NCBI GenBank assembly: GCA_964352915.1 | Contig: CAYGTQ010000002.1 | Span: forward strand, 1 to 62,817 | Length of the DNA: 62,817 nt | Source of the DNA: an uncultured Legionellales bacterium | Lineage (GTDB): Bacteria; Pseudomonadota; Gammaproteobacteria; PIVX01 | Reading direction: 5' to 3' | Part shown: one piece after another, positions 7,770 through 18,769 of the stretch | Layout of the letters: each line of letters opens with the position of its first letter | Position numbering within the stretch: position 1 is the first letter of the stretch | Translations under genes and position numbers: made by a program | The notes under the pieces: model-generated | The model's database searches: none | Told to the model about the DNA's origin: nothing | The model's input: only the letters and a program-made list of their open reading frames with translations

Positions 7770-10344
7770 GGCATTTCTCGTGTAAAGTTTTTGCTTGCTT
7801 GACCATTTGATAGAGCTTATCTAAAGCATCTAATGGACTCAAGCGATCGGGTTCAAGCTTGGTCATTTGTGATAGATATTCTTTAAACCATAAAGGCGTT
7901 CTGGAGCTGGGCGATGAGGATGTTGTAGAAGATCTTTTTGTTGTATCTTCACGAGTTCTTAAATTTTTCAAAGTATGGCTAGCTTGATGAATGACTTCTT
8001 GAGGTAAGCCTGCAAGTTTGGCGACATCAATTCCAAAACTCTGGTCAACGGCACCAGGCTGTAATTTATAAAGAAATACCAGCTCATCTTCATGGCGCAC
8101 GGCTGAGAAATGCGCATTTTTGATTTGAGGCTTTGCTTTTGAGAAGTCGGTAATTTCAAAGTAGTGCGTGGCAAAAAGGGTATAAGCGCCGATTTTAGCC
8201 AGATATTCGGCACAAGCCCAAGCCAAAGCCATGCCATCGTAGGTGCTGGTGCCGCGACCAATTTCATCAATCAGGACGAGGCTCTCCGATGTGGCGTTTT
8301 GTAAAATGTAAGCGGTTTCACTCATTTCAACCATAAAGGTCGAGCGGCCTGTAGCCAAGTCATCAGAAGCTCCGATGCGGGTAAAAATCTTATCGACAGG
8401 ACCAATGCTCGCTTGTCTCGCAGGCACAAAAGAGCCAGTATGAGCCAGCAAGACAATCAAGGCACATTGACGCATGTAAGTGGATTTGCCGCCCATATTA
8501 GGGCCTGTAAGAATAATCATGCTTTGTTCGGGTGTAAGCTCGGTTGAATTAGCGATAAAGCTGTCTGGGATGATTTGTTCAATGACAGGATGGCGCCCAG
8601 CATCAATATGAATGCCAGGTGCATCAGTCATTTCAGGTTTGATAAGACCTAAAGTATAGGCTCTTTCTGAAAAATTGTTGATAACATCCAGTTCAGCAAT
8701 ACCATGAGCAGTTTGTTGCAGTGGCCCTAAATCTTCCATGATGCGTTCAAGCAGTTCTTCGTACAACTTCTTTTCTAAAGCCAAAGCTTTACTTTGTGCG
8801 CTAAGAACTTGTTCTTCATAAGTTTTGAGTTTTGGGATGATAAAACGCTCAACATTTTTCAGGGTCTGGCGTCGATGATAATAGGGAGGAAGATCTTTAG
8901 CTTGTGCTCTTGGAATTTCAACATAATAACCATGGATTCGGTTATAACCCAAACGCAGGCTGGTGAGTCCAGTTTTCTGCTGTTCATTTTGTTCAAGGTT
9001 AATTAAAAAATTATTGGATTGATTTTGCAAGTGTCTTAGTTCATCCAATTCTTGGTGGTAGCCATCAGCAATAACACCACCATCTCGAATTAATATAGGT
9101 GGTGCATCCACTATAGCTTTTTGTAGCGAGCGCAAAAGATTGGGCAAGGGTTGTATCAGTTTGTTAAGCTTGGTTAAGAGCGATTCTTTAAAAGGATTAA
9201 GTTGTTGTTTAATGTCAGGTATAACTTTCAGCGAGTCTCTCAGTTGAATCAAATCTCTTGGACGTGCACTTTTAAGAGAAATACGCCCAGTGATGCGGTG
9301 CATGTCGCCTATTGCTTTTAAAGTTGTATGCAGCTTCTCGCTACTGGCTTTTTGCAGCAGTGCTTCAATAGCTTTCTGCCTAGCTTGAATCTTTTGCTGG
9401 TTGCGAATAGGTTGGTGTAGCCAGCGTTTTAACAGTCGACTGCCCATGCAGGTGGCTGTATGATCGTAGATATGCAATAAAGTATGTTGTGTTTCACCGT
9501 GGCAATTGAGAGAAATTTCTAAATGTTGGCGCGTGGCTGTATCAATGCCAAGGCTCTCTTCAATCCGGTCGACATGTATCGTTTCAATATGGGGCAGTTG
9601 AGCTTTTTGAGTATACTTTACATACTGTAGTAAATTATGCGATGCAAGTATTGCTTGGTGCTCATCTTTGATTTTTTCACACTCTTTATCAGGAAACTGT
9701 GTTGTTAAAGAAGCCATAGCTTTTTTAACAGATGACACAGGTGATTCTAAATACGTTATTTTGCAGTGCTTAGGCAATGGACATGAAATTGACCATTTCT
9801 CACTCAACAGAAATTCAGCAGGAGATATTCGTGCCAACTCATTTTTTAAGTGTTCAACATCATGCAGTGTCATGGCACGAAAGTGACCGCTGCTAAGCTC
9901 CAGAAGCGCTAGACCAAATTGTGGGCTATCATGCCCCATGGTTAAAGCTGCCAGCCAGTTATCTTTTTTATCTTCAAGCAAAGCTTCATCGGTGATGGTG
10001 CCAGGCGTGATGATTCGGCTGATTTGGCGTTCCATAGGGCCTTTCTGATTAGGCGAGCCTATTTGCTCACAAATCGCTATAGACTCGCCAAGCTTGACAA
10101 GCTTCGCTAAATAATTGTCCAAAGCATGGTAGGGGATCCCTGCCATGGGTATTTTCTTCCCAGCGGACTGACCACGGTGAGTCAGCGTTAAGCTGAGTAA
10201 TTGAGCTGCTTTTTCTGCATCATTAAAAAACAGCTCATAAAAATCTCCCATGCGATAAAGCAATAGCATATGAGGGTTTTGAGCTTTGATGCGCAAAAAC
10301 TGCTGTATCATTGGCGTATGTTGGTTTGTTTCTATTTTGCTCAT
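7759..10344 (-). CDS. mutS: DNA mismatch repair protein MutS
   Basis: 861 aa. [19 protein letters not shown], Walker [10 protein letters not shown] and [12 protein letters not shown] are canonical MutS motifs. Confidence 0.97.
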   Translation of the reverse strand: MSKIETNQHTPMIQQFLRIKAQNPHMLLLYRMGDFYELFFNDAEKAAQLLSLTLTHRGQSAGKKIPMAGIPYHALDNYLAKLVKLGESIAICEQIGSPNQKGPMERQISRIITPGTITDEALLEDKKDNWLAALTMGHDSPQFGLALLELSSGHFRAMTLHDVEHLKNELARISPAEFLLSEKWSISCPLPKHCKITYLESPVSSVKKAMASLTTQFPDKECEKIKDEHQAILASHNLLQYVKYTQKAQLPHIETIHVDRIEESLGIDTATRQHLEISLNCHGETQHTLLHIYDHTATCMGSRLLKRWLHQPIRNQQKIQARQKAIEALLQKASSEKLHTTLKAIGDMHRITGRISLKSARPRDLIQLRDSLKVIPDIKQQLNPFKESLLTKLNKLIQPLPNLLRSLQKAIVDAPPILIRDGGVIADGYHQELDELRHLQNQSNNFLINLEQNEQQKTGLTSLRLGYNRIHGYYVEIPRAQAKDLPPYYHRRQTLKNVERFIIPKLKTYEEQVLSAQSKALALEKKLYEELLERIMEDLGPLQQTAHGIAELDVINNFSERAYTLGLIKPEMTDAPGIHIDAGRHPVIEQIIPDSFIANSTELTPEQSMIILTGPNMGGKSTYMRQCALIVLLAHTGSFVPARQASIGPVDKIFTRIGASDDLATGRSTFMVEMSETAYILQNATSESLVLIDEIGRGTSTYDGMALAWACAEYLAKIGAYTLFATHYFEITDFSKAKPQIKNAHFSAVRHEDELVFLYKLQPGAVDQSFGIDVAKLAGLPQEVIHQASHTLKNLRTREDTTKRSSTTSSSPSSRTPLWFKEYLSQMTKLEPDRLSPLDALDKLYQMVKQAKTLHEKCHEH

Positions 10345-10480
10345 AGGACTGGCTGGTATATTTTAGCAGCATCATACCAAAAATTATGATGGATAGCATT
10401 TGCATCAATTAAAGTCAGCATAATACTGACTCTATAGATAGACTTTGTATGTCCTCTGAAGTTGGATCATAATGGAAAGT

Positions 10481-11122
10481 TTAAGCTGCTGATCTGGATG
10501 TGCCTCTATGATGGTAAAAAGCAGCTTGTTTTTCTAGAGCTTTTAATTGCGTGGTCAGCGTTTGCAACTCAATCCACATTTGCTGTGTCAGAGTTTGTAC
10601 AGAACCGCCGCTTTGATTAGCGTCGTATGTGTAGAGTTTAGGGATTGAAAAGCTTGTGCCTGTATGTTGAACAGTAAAATTAATACCGCTTCTAAATTCT
10701 AGATCTATGTCGCTAAAGCGCTCTGCACCTATTACAGGATTTGATAAACTATGCCATTTTTCATCCTTTCCGAGGTAGGATATTTCTAATTCATCAATTT
10801 CAACGTAAGGCGCAGCTATTTCGGCATGGGGTTTTGGAACGTCAACTTCAACAGTAAATGCATCAAAAGTGTGTTGTATGATGGCAACAGAGTGAGGCTG
10901 AATTTGTTGCCTATGTGTGAGTTTTGATGTGGTTTCAGGCTCCCTATAATGCCAGAATTTCTCTGGATCTAGGTATTGAGATACTCTATAACTGACAAAC
11001 AGTGGATAGTTGTGAGGATTTTCAATTTCAACCGTATACAAGTTGCTACTTGATGACGCACAGTATGACACAAAGATAAAACCCCAGCAAACCGCCTTCA
11101 AATATTTTTTGTATGCCCTCAT
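10481..11122 (-). CDS. Hypothetical exported protein (orphan)
   Basis: 213 aa. N-terminal hydrophobic signal-like segment (AVCWGFIFVSYCASSSS), a beta-rich middle, and a C-terminal heptad-like region. GGTGA lies upstream of the ATG. No family recognised. Confidence 0.55.
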   Translation of the reverse strand: MRAYKKYLKAVCWGFIFVSYCASSSSNLYTVEIENPHNYPLFVSYRVSQYLDPEKFWHYREPETTSKLTHRQQIQPHSVAIIQHTFDAFTVEVDVPKPHAEIAAPYVEIDELEISYLGKDEKWHSLSNPVIGAERFSDIDLEFRSGINFTVQHTGTSFSIPKLYTYDANQSGGSVQTLTQQMWIELQTLTTQLKALEKQAAFYHHRGTSRSAA

Positions 11123-11181
11123 ATTTCACCTATCCATAATAAAATTAACAACATCAACGACAAGGCATTTTTTACTTGTAT

Positions 11182-11823
11182 TTAAGCATTGTCACTTAGC
11201 CAAGCATCGAAAAAAGCCCAACGGATAGATGCCCATAGGTTGCAACCGCAACATCCTTCTCCTCTGATATTACCTTTTTTAGGACAAAAATCCTCATCGC
11301 CACTGGAATCTCTGGCCAATACACCACCTGCTAATGCTTGTTGTTTTTTAAGTGCTTTGAGTCTGCGTTTTTCTGCTTTTCTTTTTTTAATAAGATCATC
11401 AAATTTAGCTCGTAGCTCATCATGATTTGTTCCACTTTCAACATCTGATATAGTCATTACAAAACCTTGTGCTAATGCATATTGCAAAAAATTTGCGCCT
11501 CGTAATACTTGCCTAAAAATGATAACACCCGCACGCTTGCATTTAGAAGCAGAACACACTGCATAGCCTTGCTCTACACCTGGAATGTCAACATGAGCTG
11601 TTTCTCCAGAAGAAATTTTGGGCACAGCTCTAGGAGACAATCCGGTTGAACTACAGGAAACATAGATATCTTCTGACAATGTATTTTTGACGACAAATGT
11701 ATTAGGTATAGGCCCTAGATCAGTTTTATCGCTTATTTCTTGCAATTCAACACCATTTTCGGAATATAAAGTTGCAGCGAAAAATAGGCTTATCAGAGCA
11801 ATGATTTTTTTCATGTTGTTCAT
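11182..11823 (-). CDS. Hypothetical exported protein (orphan) with a basic coiled-coil and a Cys/Trp-rich C-terminus
   Basis: 213 aa. Signal peptide MKKIIALISLFFAATLYS, a KKRKAEKRRLKALKKQQ stretch, and the tail FCPKKGNIRGEGCCGCNLWASIRWAFFDAWL. No clear SD. An alternative start is at 11814. Confidence 0.55.
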   Translation of the reverse strand: MNNMKKIIALISLFFAATLYSENGVELQEISDKTDLGPIPNTFVVKNTLSEDIYVSCSSTGLSPRAVPKISSGETAHVDIPGVEQGYAVCSASKCKRAGVIIFRQVLRGANFLQYALAQGFVMTISDVESGTNHDELRAKFDDLIKKRKAEKRRLKALKKQQALAGGVLARDSSGDEDFCPKKGNIRGEGCCGCNLWASIRWAFFDAWLSDNA

Positions 11824-12420
11824 GGTGATTTTTTTATGTTGTTTTCTGAGACTCGTGCAGTTGAGAATAACTCATGTTGTGTATTTTAAAAGTAAGGCCT
11901 TATTGTTATTTTTGTGAAGTTAAAGTTTCTTTTGTGCCGGTGATTATTCAACGCCCGTTAGACATCTAGCAGCCATCAAACTATGTAGAAGCTAATGATT
12001 TTTTTTTGGGTTGTTCAGCTGATGGTGATGTGAGCATTGGTTTATTTTGAATAAAAATTCACGCGTCTAGACCATATTTTGGCTTTTCTGTGGAAAAAAT
12101 TAGCATGGATTTAAAGCATATTTAAGACAGTCCTGAGCTAATAAAAGCCATTAGTATGTGTGAAATAATGAACAGACCAATGGGTCGTTTATTTTGCAAG
12201 ATAAAATGTGTACTTAGATTTTAAGCTTAAGCATGGGTAGAAGCGGTGGTACAAACAAAGCAGGAAGGCATTTAATGACTTGTTGATGAGGGTTAGCATG
12301 AAACATCAGTATTCATTACGCGCTAAGTATGCTGCGGAAAAGCATGAAAAATTTCCATGAAACGTTCACTAACAAACCATTTTGATTAAAAATAAAGCCA
12401 ACAAAGGTTTGATTCAGTAC

Positions 12421-12450
12421 TTGTCAACTTTTATTTATCCTGGATAGAAT
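12421..12450 (+). promoter_or_regulatory. Candidate sigma-70 promoter of recA
   Basis: TTGTCA (12421-12426), 18-nt spacer, TAGAAT (12445-12450), about 50 nt upstream of the recA ATG. No CTGT-N8-ACAG LexA box seen nearby. Confidence 0.35.
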
Positions 12451-12501
12451 TTGTGGGATAATGATTCTATTGTATCTTAAACTTAACGGGGCATAAAATT
12501 T

Positions 12502-13542
12502 ATGAGCGACCAACGTGATAAAGCACTTATAGCAGCACTGGGCCAAATTGATAGGCAATTTGGTAAAGGTTCAGTCATGCGCTTGGGGGACGCTGGTGCG
12601 ATTAAAGGTATTGAAGTCATCTCAACCGGCTCCTTAACGCTTGATATTGCTTTAGGCAATGGTGGTTTACCTAAAGGACGTGTGGTTGAAATTTTTGGGC
12701 CTGAATCTTCCGGTAAAACTACTTTGACCCTGCAAGTGATTGCTGAATGCCAAAAATTAGGTGGAACAGCGGCTTTTATCGATGCCGAACATGCGCTTGA
12801 TCCCATCTATGCTGAAAAATTAGGGGTCAATCTAGATGATTTGTTGGTTTCTCAGCCCGATACTGGTGAGCAGGCGTTAGAAATTACAGATATGTTGGTG
12901 CGTTCTAGTGCTGTTGATGTGGTTGTAATTGACTCAGTTGCAGCCCTTACGCCTAAAGCTGAAATTGATGGTGATATGGGCGATCAGCACATGGGCTTAC
13001 AAGCGCGCCTTATGTCTCAGGCTTTGCGCAAATTAACGGCCAACATTAAACGCTCTAACACATTGGTGATTTTCATCAATCAGATTCGTATGAAAATAGG
13101 TGTGATGTTTGGTAGTCCAGAAACAACTACTGGGGGCAATGCCTTAAAGTTTTACTCATCGGTTCGCTTGGATATTCGCCGTATTGGTGCGATCAAGAAA
13201 GGTGATGAGGTCATTGGGAATGAAACTCGAGTAAAAGTGGTTAAAAATAAAGTAGCGCCACCTTTCAAACAAGCTCATTTTGATATTTTATACGGTCAAG
13301 GCATTTCACTTGAAGGTGAAATATTGGATTTAGCGGTTGCTCATAATCTGATTGATAAATCAGGCGCTTGGTACAGCCATCAAGGCAATAAAATTGGTCA
13401 AGGTAGAGATAATGTTAAGACTTATTTAAAAGAGAATGAAGCGTTGGCAAAAGAGTTGATGCTTAAACTGAAAGAAATTTTATTGCCCAAGCCAGTTGAA
13501 CAAACTGTTGAGCAAACAGAGGATGATTTGATAGAGGCTTAG
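12502..13542 (+). CDS. recA: Recombinase RecA
   Basis: 346 aa. [18 protein letters not shown] and Walker [10 protein letters not shown]; near full-length identity pattern to RecA. Confidence 0.98.
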   Translation: MSDQRDKALIAALGQIDRQFGKGSVMRLGDAGAIKGIEVISTGSLTLDIALGNGGLPKGRVVEIFGPESSGKTTLTLQVIAECQKLGGTAAFIDAEHALDPIYAEKLGVNLDDLLVSQPDTGEQALEITDMLVRSSAVDVVVIDSVAALTPKAEIDGDMGDQHMGLQARLMSQALRKLTANIKRSNTLVIFINQIRMKIGVMFGSPETTTGGNALKFYSSVRLDIRRIGAIKKGDEVIGNETRVKVVKNKVAPPFKQAHFDILYGQGISLEGEILDLAVAHNLIDKSGAWYSHQGNKIGQGRDNVKTYLKENEALAKELMLKLKEILLPKPVEQTVEQTEDDLIEA

Positions 13543-13544
13543 GG

Positions 13545-13985
13545 GTGAAAAATTGGCAAGCACGTGCTATGCAATGGCTCGTTCGACGTGAACATAGCCA
13601 GCAGGAGCTCAGTCTTAAATTAAAGCGAGAAGGTTGTGATTCAAAGACTGTTGAAGCACTGATTGCAAGCTTGCAAAGCTCTGGGGCACAATCTGATCGC
13701 CGCTACACAGAAATGTATGTGCGCTCTCGCGCTGGGCGAGGCTATGGTCCCGTGCGTATTGGCCATGAATTGAAGCAAAGTGGTGTGGACGATGCATTGA
13801 TTGCAGAGATTTTATACGAAGACCAAATAGATTGGTTTGTTGCTGCTACTCGTGTACGGCATAAGAAATTTGGTAATTCACTTCCTGAGGACCATGTTGC
13901 CGAAGCCAAACAGAAAGCCTTTTTACAATACCGTGGGTTCTCCTTTGAGCACATCAATGAAAGTTTCAATGCTATAGTTGAATGA
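13545..13985 (+). CDS. recX: RecA regulator RecX
   Basis: 146 aa, immediately after recA. AMQWLVRREHSQQEL ... YVRSRAGRGYGPVRI is a typical RecX repeat architecture. Confidence 0.88.
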   Translation: MKNWQARAMQWLVRREHSQQELSLKLKREGCDSKTVEALIASLQSSGAQSDRRYTEMYVRSRAGRGYGPVRIGHELKQSGVDDALIAEILYEDQIDWFVAATRVRHKKFGNSLPEDHVAEAKQKAFLQYRGFSFEHINESFNAIVE

Positions 13986-14009
13986 GAAGGAAAACATTGA
14001 GAATTAGTT

Positions 14010-16598
14010 ATGAAAACAGCTGAAATACGCCAGGCATTTTTGTCCTATTTTAAAAAAAACGGCCATAAAATTTTGCCGTCGTCTTCTCTTATTCCAAAAA
14101 ATGATCGCAGCTTGCTGTTTGTTAATGCAGGCATGGTGCCTTTTAAACATTACTTTTTAGGCAATGAGCAACCACCAGCACAAACCCTCACCACGTCCCA
14201 GCGTTGTGTCAGAGCGGGTGGCAAGCACAATGATTTGGAAAATGTTGGCTATACTGCTCGGCATCACACTTTTTTTGAAATGCTGGGAAATTTTAGTTTC
14301 GGTGATTATTTTAAAGAGCAAGCTATTCGCTATGCATGGTCCTTTTTGGTGGATGAGCTCAAAATATCCCCCAAGAAACTTTGGGTGACGGTTTATAAAG
14401 ATGATCAAGAAGCAGCTGATATTTGGTTGCATAAAATTGGTGTCGAATCTGACAGATTTTCTTATTGTGGCGAAGAAGATAACTTCTGGGCCATGGGTAA
14501 AACAGGCCCTTGTGGTCCTTGCACTGAGATTTTTTATGATCATGGCGATCATTTGCCTGGCAATCCTCCTGGAAGTGAAGAAGAGGGTGGTGAGCGCTAC
14601 ATTGAGATATGGAATGTGGTGTTCATGCAGTATGAGCGCTTGGAAGATGGTGAGCTTAAGCCACTGACCAGTCCCTGTGTGGACACAGGTATGGGGCTGG
14701 AGCGTATTTCTGCAGTTATGCAGGGCGTACAAGACAATTATGATACAGATTTATTTCAATCGCTTTTAAGCTCTGTCAGAAAAATTTTAAATAGCCAAAG
14801 CGAACTAAACAGCTCGATGAAAGTGATTGCTGATCATATTCGTTCATCTGCATTTTTAATTGCTGATGGGATTGAACCTTCCAATGAAGGCCGTGGCTAT
14901 GTGCTGCGCAGAATCATTCGGCGAGCTATTCGTCATGGACACAAGCTGGGTGCGAGTGAGCCATTTTTCTACCGACTAGTTAGTGCTTTAGTAGGGCTGA
15001 TGGGGGAAGCTTACCCTTTACTTAAAGAACAAAGCTCTTACATTGAAACAGTGCTTAAACGGGAAGAAATGCAATTCAGCCAGACCTTAGCTGTTGGCAT
15101 GAGGCATTTGGAGAAAGCACTTGAAAATGTTCAAGAAAGTGTTATTTCAGGCGAAATTATGTTTAAGCTATACGATACCTATGGCTTCCCTGTGGACCTG
15201 CTCTCAGATATCGCGCGTGAGAGAGAAATGCAACTAGATTTGGTTGGCTACGAAAAAGCTATGTCTGAACAACGCCAAAGAGCACAAGCCGCAAGCCAGT
15301 TCATCACAGAGTCAAGCCTTGGTTTCAACGTGGAATTGCCTACAGAATTTGTTGGCTATCATCAAGCTCAATATGACACTAAAATTCTTGGTATGTCATC
15401 GGCGGGCAAACCTCAGGACAGCGACACACAAGTTGGCAGCAAATTGCTGGTCGTATTAGAAAAAACACCTTTTTACGCTGAGTCTGGTGGACAAGTAGGC
15501 GATAAAGGTTGTATTGAAAATTCTGATATGTGCATTGATGTTTACGATACGCAAGTCACAGGTGGTGTTTATATCCATCATGGAGTACTTAAAGAAGGAG
15601 TGGTGCGCAAAGGCATGTCCGTAACAGCCCGCGTTAATGATGAAAGGCGCAGTTCTATTCGGCGAAATCATTCAGCCACACATTTGCTGCATGCTGCTTT
15701 GAAGAGTATTTTGGGTTCTCATGTGACTCAAAAAGGCTCTCATGTCGATGACAACCGCCTACGTTTTGATTTCTATCACCCTGAGTCTTTAGATTTGAGT
15801 TTACTGCAAAAAATTGAGACTTTAGTTAATGAATATGTTGTCAAAAACAAAACCACAACAATTGACTTTATGTCGATGGAGACAGCGCAAGAAAGTGGCG
15901 CTGTGGCTTTGTTCGATGAAAAATATGGTGATGAAGTGCGTGTTATCACCATGGGAGATTTTTCTAAAGAGTTGTGTGGTGGTACCCATGTTGTAGCAAC
16001 AGGTGATATAGGCTTATTTAAATTGATTTCACATAAAACCATTGGCAGCAACATCCATCGTATGGAAGCTTTGACAGGTTTTTGTGCTTTGCAATGGTTG
16101 CACCAAGCTGAACGAACACTGCATCAGATTGCGGGCATTGTACAATCTGATGTGGAGAGTGTAGCGGTAAGTATTGAAAAAAAAGTTAGCCAAATTAAAT
16201 TACTTGAAAAGCAAAATCAGCGTTTGCTCAAACAGCATGCAGAATTGTTGAGCCAATCGTTTGCACGAGATCCTCAACCCATTGGAGATAAAAAGCTTTT
16301 TATAGGTACAGTAGTTGGAAGCGATGCTTCTCTGCTGCGACCGGTATGGGAAACTCTCAAAGCTCATTATCCACAACAAGCCTTGGCTGTTTTAATAGCG
16401 CTTGATAAGCCGAGCGATAGATGCTTTGTTTTGGTATCAATGACCAAAGATTGCATAGGGCAGTTGCCTAAAGCAGCAGAGATCTTGAAGTATTTCTGTG
16501 AGCATGGCGGAGGACGTGCCGATCAGGCACAAGGCAGTGGCCCTATTCCCGCTGATCTTGATGAGCGCCTTGATCGGCTTAAACAAAGCCTTCAATAA
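14010..16598 (+). CDS. alaS: Alanine--tRNA ligase
   Basis: 862 aa. FVNAGMVPFK, HHTFFEMLGNFSFGDYFK and the editing-domain HSATHLLH...CGGTH motifs. Confidence 0.98.
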   Translation: MKTAEIRQAFLSYFKKNGHKILPSSSLIPKNDRSLLFVNAGMVPFKHYFLGNEQPPAQTLTTSQRCVRAGGKHNDLENVGYTARHHTFFEMLGNFSFGDYFKEQAIRYAWSFLVDELKISPKKLWVTVYKDDQEAADIWLHKIGVESDRFSYCGEEDNFWAMGKTGPCGPCTEIFYDHGDHLPGNPPGSEEEGGERYIEIWNVVFMQYERLEDGELKPLTSPCVDTGMGLERISAVMQGVQDNYDTDLFQSLLSSVRKILNSQSELNSSMKVIADHIRSSAFLIADGIEPSNEGRGYVLRRIIRRAIRHGHKLGASEPFFYRLVSALVGLMGEAYPLLKEQSSYIETVLKREEMQFSQTLAVGMRHLEKALENVQESVISGEIMFKLYDTYGFPVDLLSDIAREREMQLDLVGYEKAMSEQRQRAQAASQFITESSLGFNVELPTEFVGYHQAQYDTKILGMSSAGKPQDSDTQVGSKLLVVLEKTPFYAESGGQVGDKGCIENSDMCIDVYDTQVTGGVYIHHGVLKEGVVRKGMSVTARVNDERRSSIRRNHSATHLLHAALKSILGSHVTQKGSHVDDNRLRFDFYHPESLDLSLLQKIETLVNEYVVKNKTTTIDFMSMETAQESGAVALFDEKYGDEVRVITMGDFSKELCGGTHVVATGDIGLFKLISHKTIGSNIHRMEALTGFCALQWLHQAERTLHQIAGIVQSDVESVAVSIEKKVSQIKLLEKQNQRLLKQHAELLSQSFARDPQPIGDKKLFIGTVVGSDASLLRPVWETLKAHYPQQALAVLIALDKPSDRCFVLVSMTKDCIGQLPKAAEILKYFCEHGGGRADQAQGSGPIPADLDERLDRLKQSLQ

Positions 16599-16672
16599 TA
16601 AAAGGCTTAATAGGATAAACGAAATGAATATTGATTTTTTCAGCAATCAAAAACGATATAAGCAATTCGTAC

Positions 16673-17941
16673 ATGTCTAGAATAGTACAGAAATTTGGTG
16701 GTTCCTCTCTATCTGATACAGAACACATGCGGCGTGTGGCAGATATTATAGCGAGTACACTTGAAAAAGGTCATGAGGTTGCCGTGGTGGTATCTGCCAT
16801 GTATGGCGATACCGATCGCTTAATTTCTATGGCTCAGTCAATCGCTGCAGAGAGTGATAAGCGCGAATACGCAGCCTTAGTCTCTACAGGTGAGCAGGTT
16901 TCTGCCTCGCTTCTAGCTATGCTGCTTAACTCAAGAGAGATCAAAGCGCGTTCTTACACAGGCTATCAGGCAGGTATTGTTACAGAAGGTGGTTTTAAAA
17001 AAGCACAGATAGTGAGCATAGCGACAGATGCTATTGGCTCTGATTTGGCTCAGAATGTGGTGCCTGTGGTTGCTGGTTTTCAAGGTGTGGATGCTCAAGG
17101 TAACATCACTACTTTGGGGCGAGGTGGCTCTGATACCACCGCGGTCGCTTTGGCTGTAGCGCTAAAAGCAGACGAATGTCAGATCTTTACGGATGTGGAA
17201 GGTGTTTTTACAGCCGATCCTAATGTGTTCGCTGGAGCCAGGTGTATTCCAAAATTGGATTTTCGGGACATGCTGGAAGTATCAAGTTTAGGTGCTAAAG
17301 TGCTGCAATCCCATGCTATTGATGTTGCTGCCCGTCATCACATGCCTTTAAAGGTATTGTCTTCTTTTTCGCGTAAGCAGGGCACGGTGATTGCTCCCAT
17401 GCAGATGTCGCACATGATGGAAAATAAACCTTATATTGTTGCCATTACTCATCGTTTAGGTGCTATGCGTTTTTCTATAATGCTGCACTCTGGTCAGCAA
17501 CGCTGGGTGAGCGAAATCATGCGTCGATTATCTGAAACCATGGTGCATGTTGATATGATCCACTATGACCAATCGTCTGGTCGTGATATGATATTTACGC
17601 TGCTCATTTATAGTGATGATCACGAGCAAGTTGTTCAAATATTGTCAGAGCCCAAGCTAAAAACTCACATCAGACAGATCAATGTGCAATCGCACTTGGC
17701 TAAGCTGTCGGTGGTAGGCACGGGGTTGCAGCGAGCGTGCTATACAGAGGTTACCAGCGCTATTATGGGAGTTCTGACGCATGCTGATATAAAAGTGCAC
17801 ATGACATCAACTGCAGAAACTAAAGTATCTGTGGTTTTGGACGAAGAATATTTAAGACAGGGTGTACATCTACTTCATCAAGCTTTTAAATTACATGAAG
17901 TAGATCTGCAACAGATTGAATCAGCAGCGCCCATTGAATAA
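16673..17941 (+). CDS. lysC: Aspartate kinase
   Basis: VQKFGGSSL ... VVVSAM ... GRGGSDTTA motifs plus C-terminal ACT repeats. The track ORF starts at a TTG (16631); the ATG at 16673 (MSRIVQKFGG) fits the family start. Confidence 0.9.
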   Translation: MSRIVQKFGGSSLSDTEHMRRVADIIASTLEKGHEVAVVVSAMYGDTDRLISMAQSIAAESDKREYAALVSTGEQVSASLLAMLLNSREIKARSYTGYQAGIVTEGGFKKAQIVSIATDAIGSDLAQNVVPVVAGFQGVDAQGNITTLGRGGSDTTAVALAVALKADECQIFTDVEGVFTADPNVFAGARCIPKLDFRDMLEVSSLGAKVLQSHAIDVAARHHMPLKVLSSFSRKQGTVIAPMQMSHMMENKPYIVAITHRLGAMRFSIMLHSGQQRWVSEIMRRLSETMVHVDMIHYDQSSGRDMIFTLLIYSDDHEQVVQILSEPKLKTHIRQINVQSHLAKLSVVGTGLQRACYTEVTSAIMGVLTHADIKVHMTSTAETKVSVVLDEEYLRQGVHLLHQAFKLHEVDLQQIESAAPIE

Positions 17942-17990
17942 AAAACGCATAGGACAATCATAATTTTATGTGCGTATTGAGGAGGTTAGG

Positions 17991-18179
17991 ATGCTCATTT
18001 TAACAAGGCGGCTTAGTGAAAAACTAAAAATAGGTGATGATGTTGAAATATCAGTACTTGGTATCAAAGGCAACCAAGTGCGTTTAGGCATCAATGCCCC
18101 TAAGGATGTTGCGGTGCACCGTCTGGAAGTTTATGAGCGTATTCGCGATGAGAAAGGCGTTGAAGATCCGCAGGAATAA
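17991..18179 (+). CDS. csrA: Carbon storage regulator CsrA
   Basis: [48 protein letters not shown] is the canonical CsrA sequence. GAGGAGG SD upstream. The track ORF begins at an upstream GTG (17970). Confidence 0.95.
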   Translation: MLILTRRLSEKLKIGDDVEISVLGIKGNQVRLGINAPKDVAVHRLEVYERIRDEKGVEDPQE

Positions 18180-18196
18180 ATAACTGTACGGTTTTT
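18168..18196 (+). terminator. Possible weak intrinsic terminator after csrA
   Basis: CCGCAG (18168-18173) pairs with CTG(TA)CGG (18184-18191) with a 2-nt bulge, followed by T5 (18192-18196). Confidence 0.3.
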
Positions 18197-18678
18197 CAGA
18201 AACAAGATGCATGCATTCATATCGAGCATCCAAAACTGAAAGCACAAGATCTTGAAAAATATTTCCAGTACTCTCTAAGCAACCAAAACTCAGAAACATG
18301 GCAAAGCACATCTGCAAGCACCAGGAGCTCAGCTATTAATTCTAGCTCCATTGCAATGTCCTATAGCGATGTAATTTGATAAAGCATGGGGTTTTGCTTC
18401 ATTCTCTTTATGAATTGATGGTAGTGTTCTGTGTGTTATGTAATCGGTATTCTCATATGTCTGGTTTCATGACGGCCAGTCTCTGCGGCTGCCTTTAAGA
18501 CGGATTGCAGATTGGCTTTTTCCTCGTTTGGCCTCAAGAATAGCTACAACATGGTGCACTTTGGACATCTTTCCCCTTTGGTATTTTTCTATGGGAAACT
18601 TTACATGGCGGATTGGTCTTAAAAAAACTGCATTTTTCGAGCATGCTGTGTCAGGGCGGTAGGCATAAAAAGTAAAAA

Positions 18679-18755
18679 TGGCGCGCCCGGAAGGATTCGA
18701 ACCTCCGACCCCCTGGTTCGTAGCCAGGTACTCTATCCAGCTGAGCCACGGGCGC
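18679..18755 (-). tRNA. tRNA-Arg (anticodon ACG)
   Basis: The 77-nt reverse complement folds as a cloverleaf: acceptor GCGCCCG/CGGGCGC, anticodon stem CCTGG/CCAGG with loop CTACGAA, T-loop GGAGGTTCGAATCCTTC, and an encoded CCA. Confidence 0.92.
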
Positions 18756-18769
18756 GTTGTCATTTTGTT

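Noticed and set aside
10481-11823. The two orphan proteins are both exactly 213 aa, which suggested a tandem duplication.
   Set aside because: Aligning them by eye shows no collinear similarity beyond a short LKAL(E/K)KQ segment in the charged region. The equal length looks coincidental, so they are not called paralogues.
12483-12806. 107-aa ORF antisense to recA. Similar long antisense ORFs lie in alaS (14157-14732, 191 aa), HMG-CoA reductase (29377-29805, 142 aa), mutS (7968-8270), lpxD (41959-42294) and bamA (39800-40117).
   Set aside because: Each lies wholly inside a strongly supported conserved gene on the other strand. None has a family resemblance or a convincing SD. Their compositions are typical of antisense reading of coding DNA.
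16369-16377. Perfect DnaA box TTATCCACA.
   Set aside because: It is a single copy inside the alaS coding sequence, with no cluster, no AT-rich unwinding element and no dnaA or dnaN nearby. It is expected by chance.
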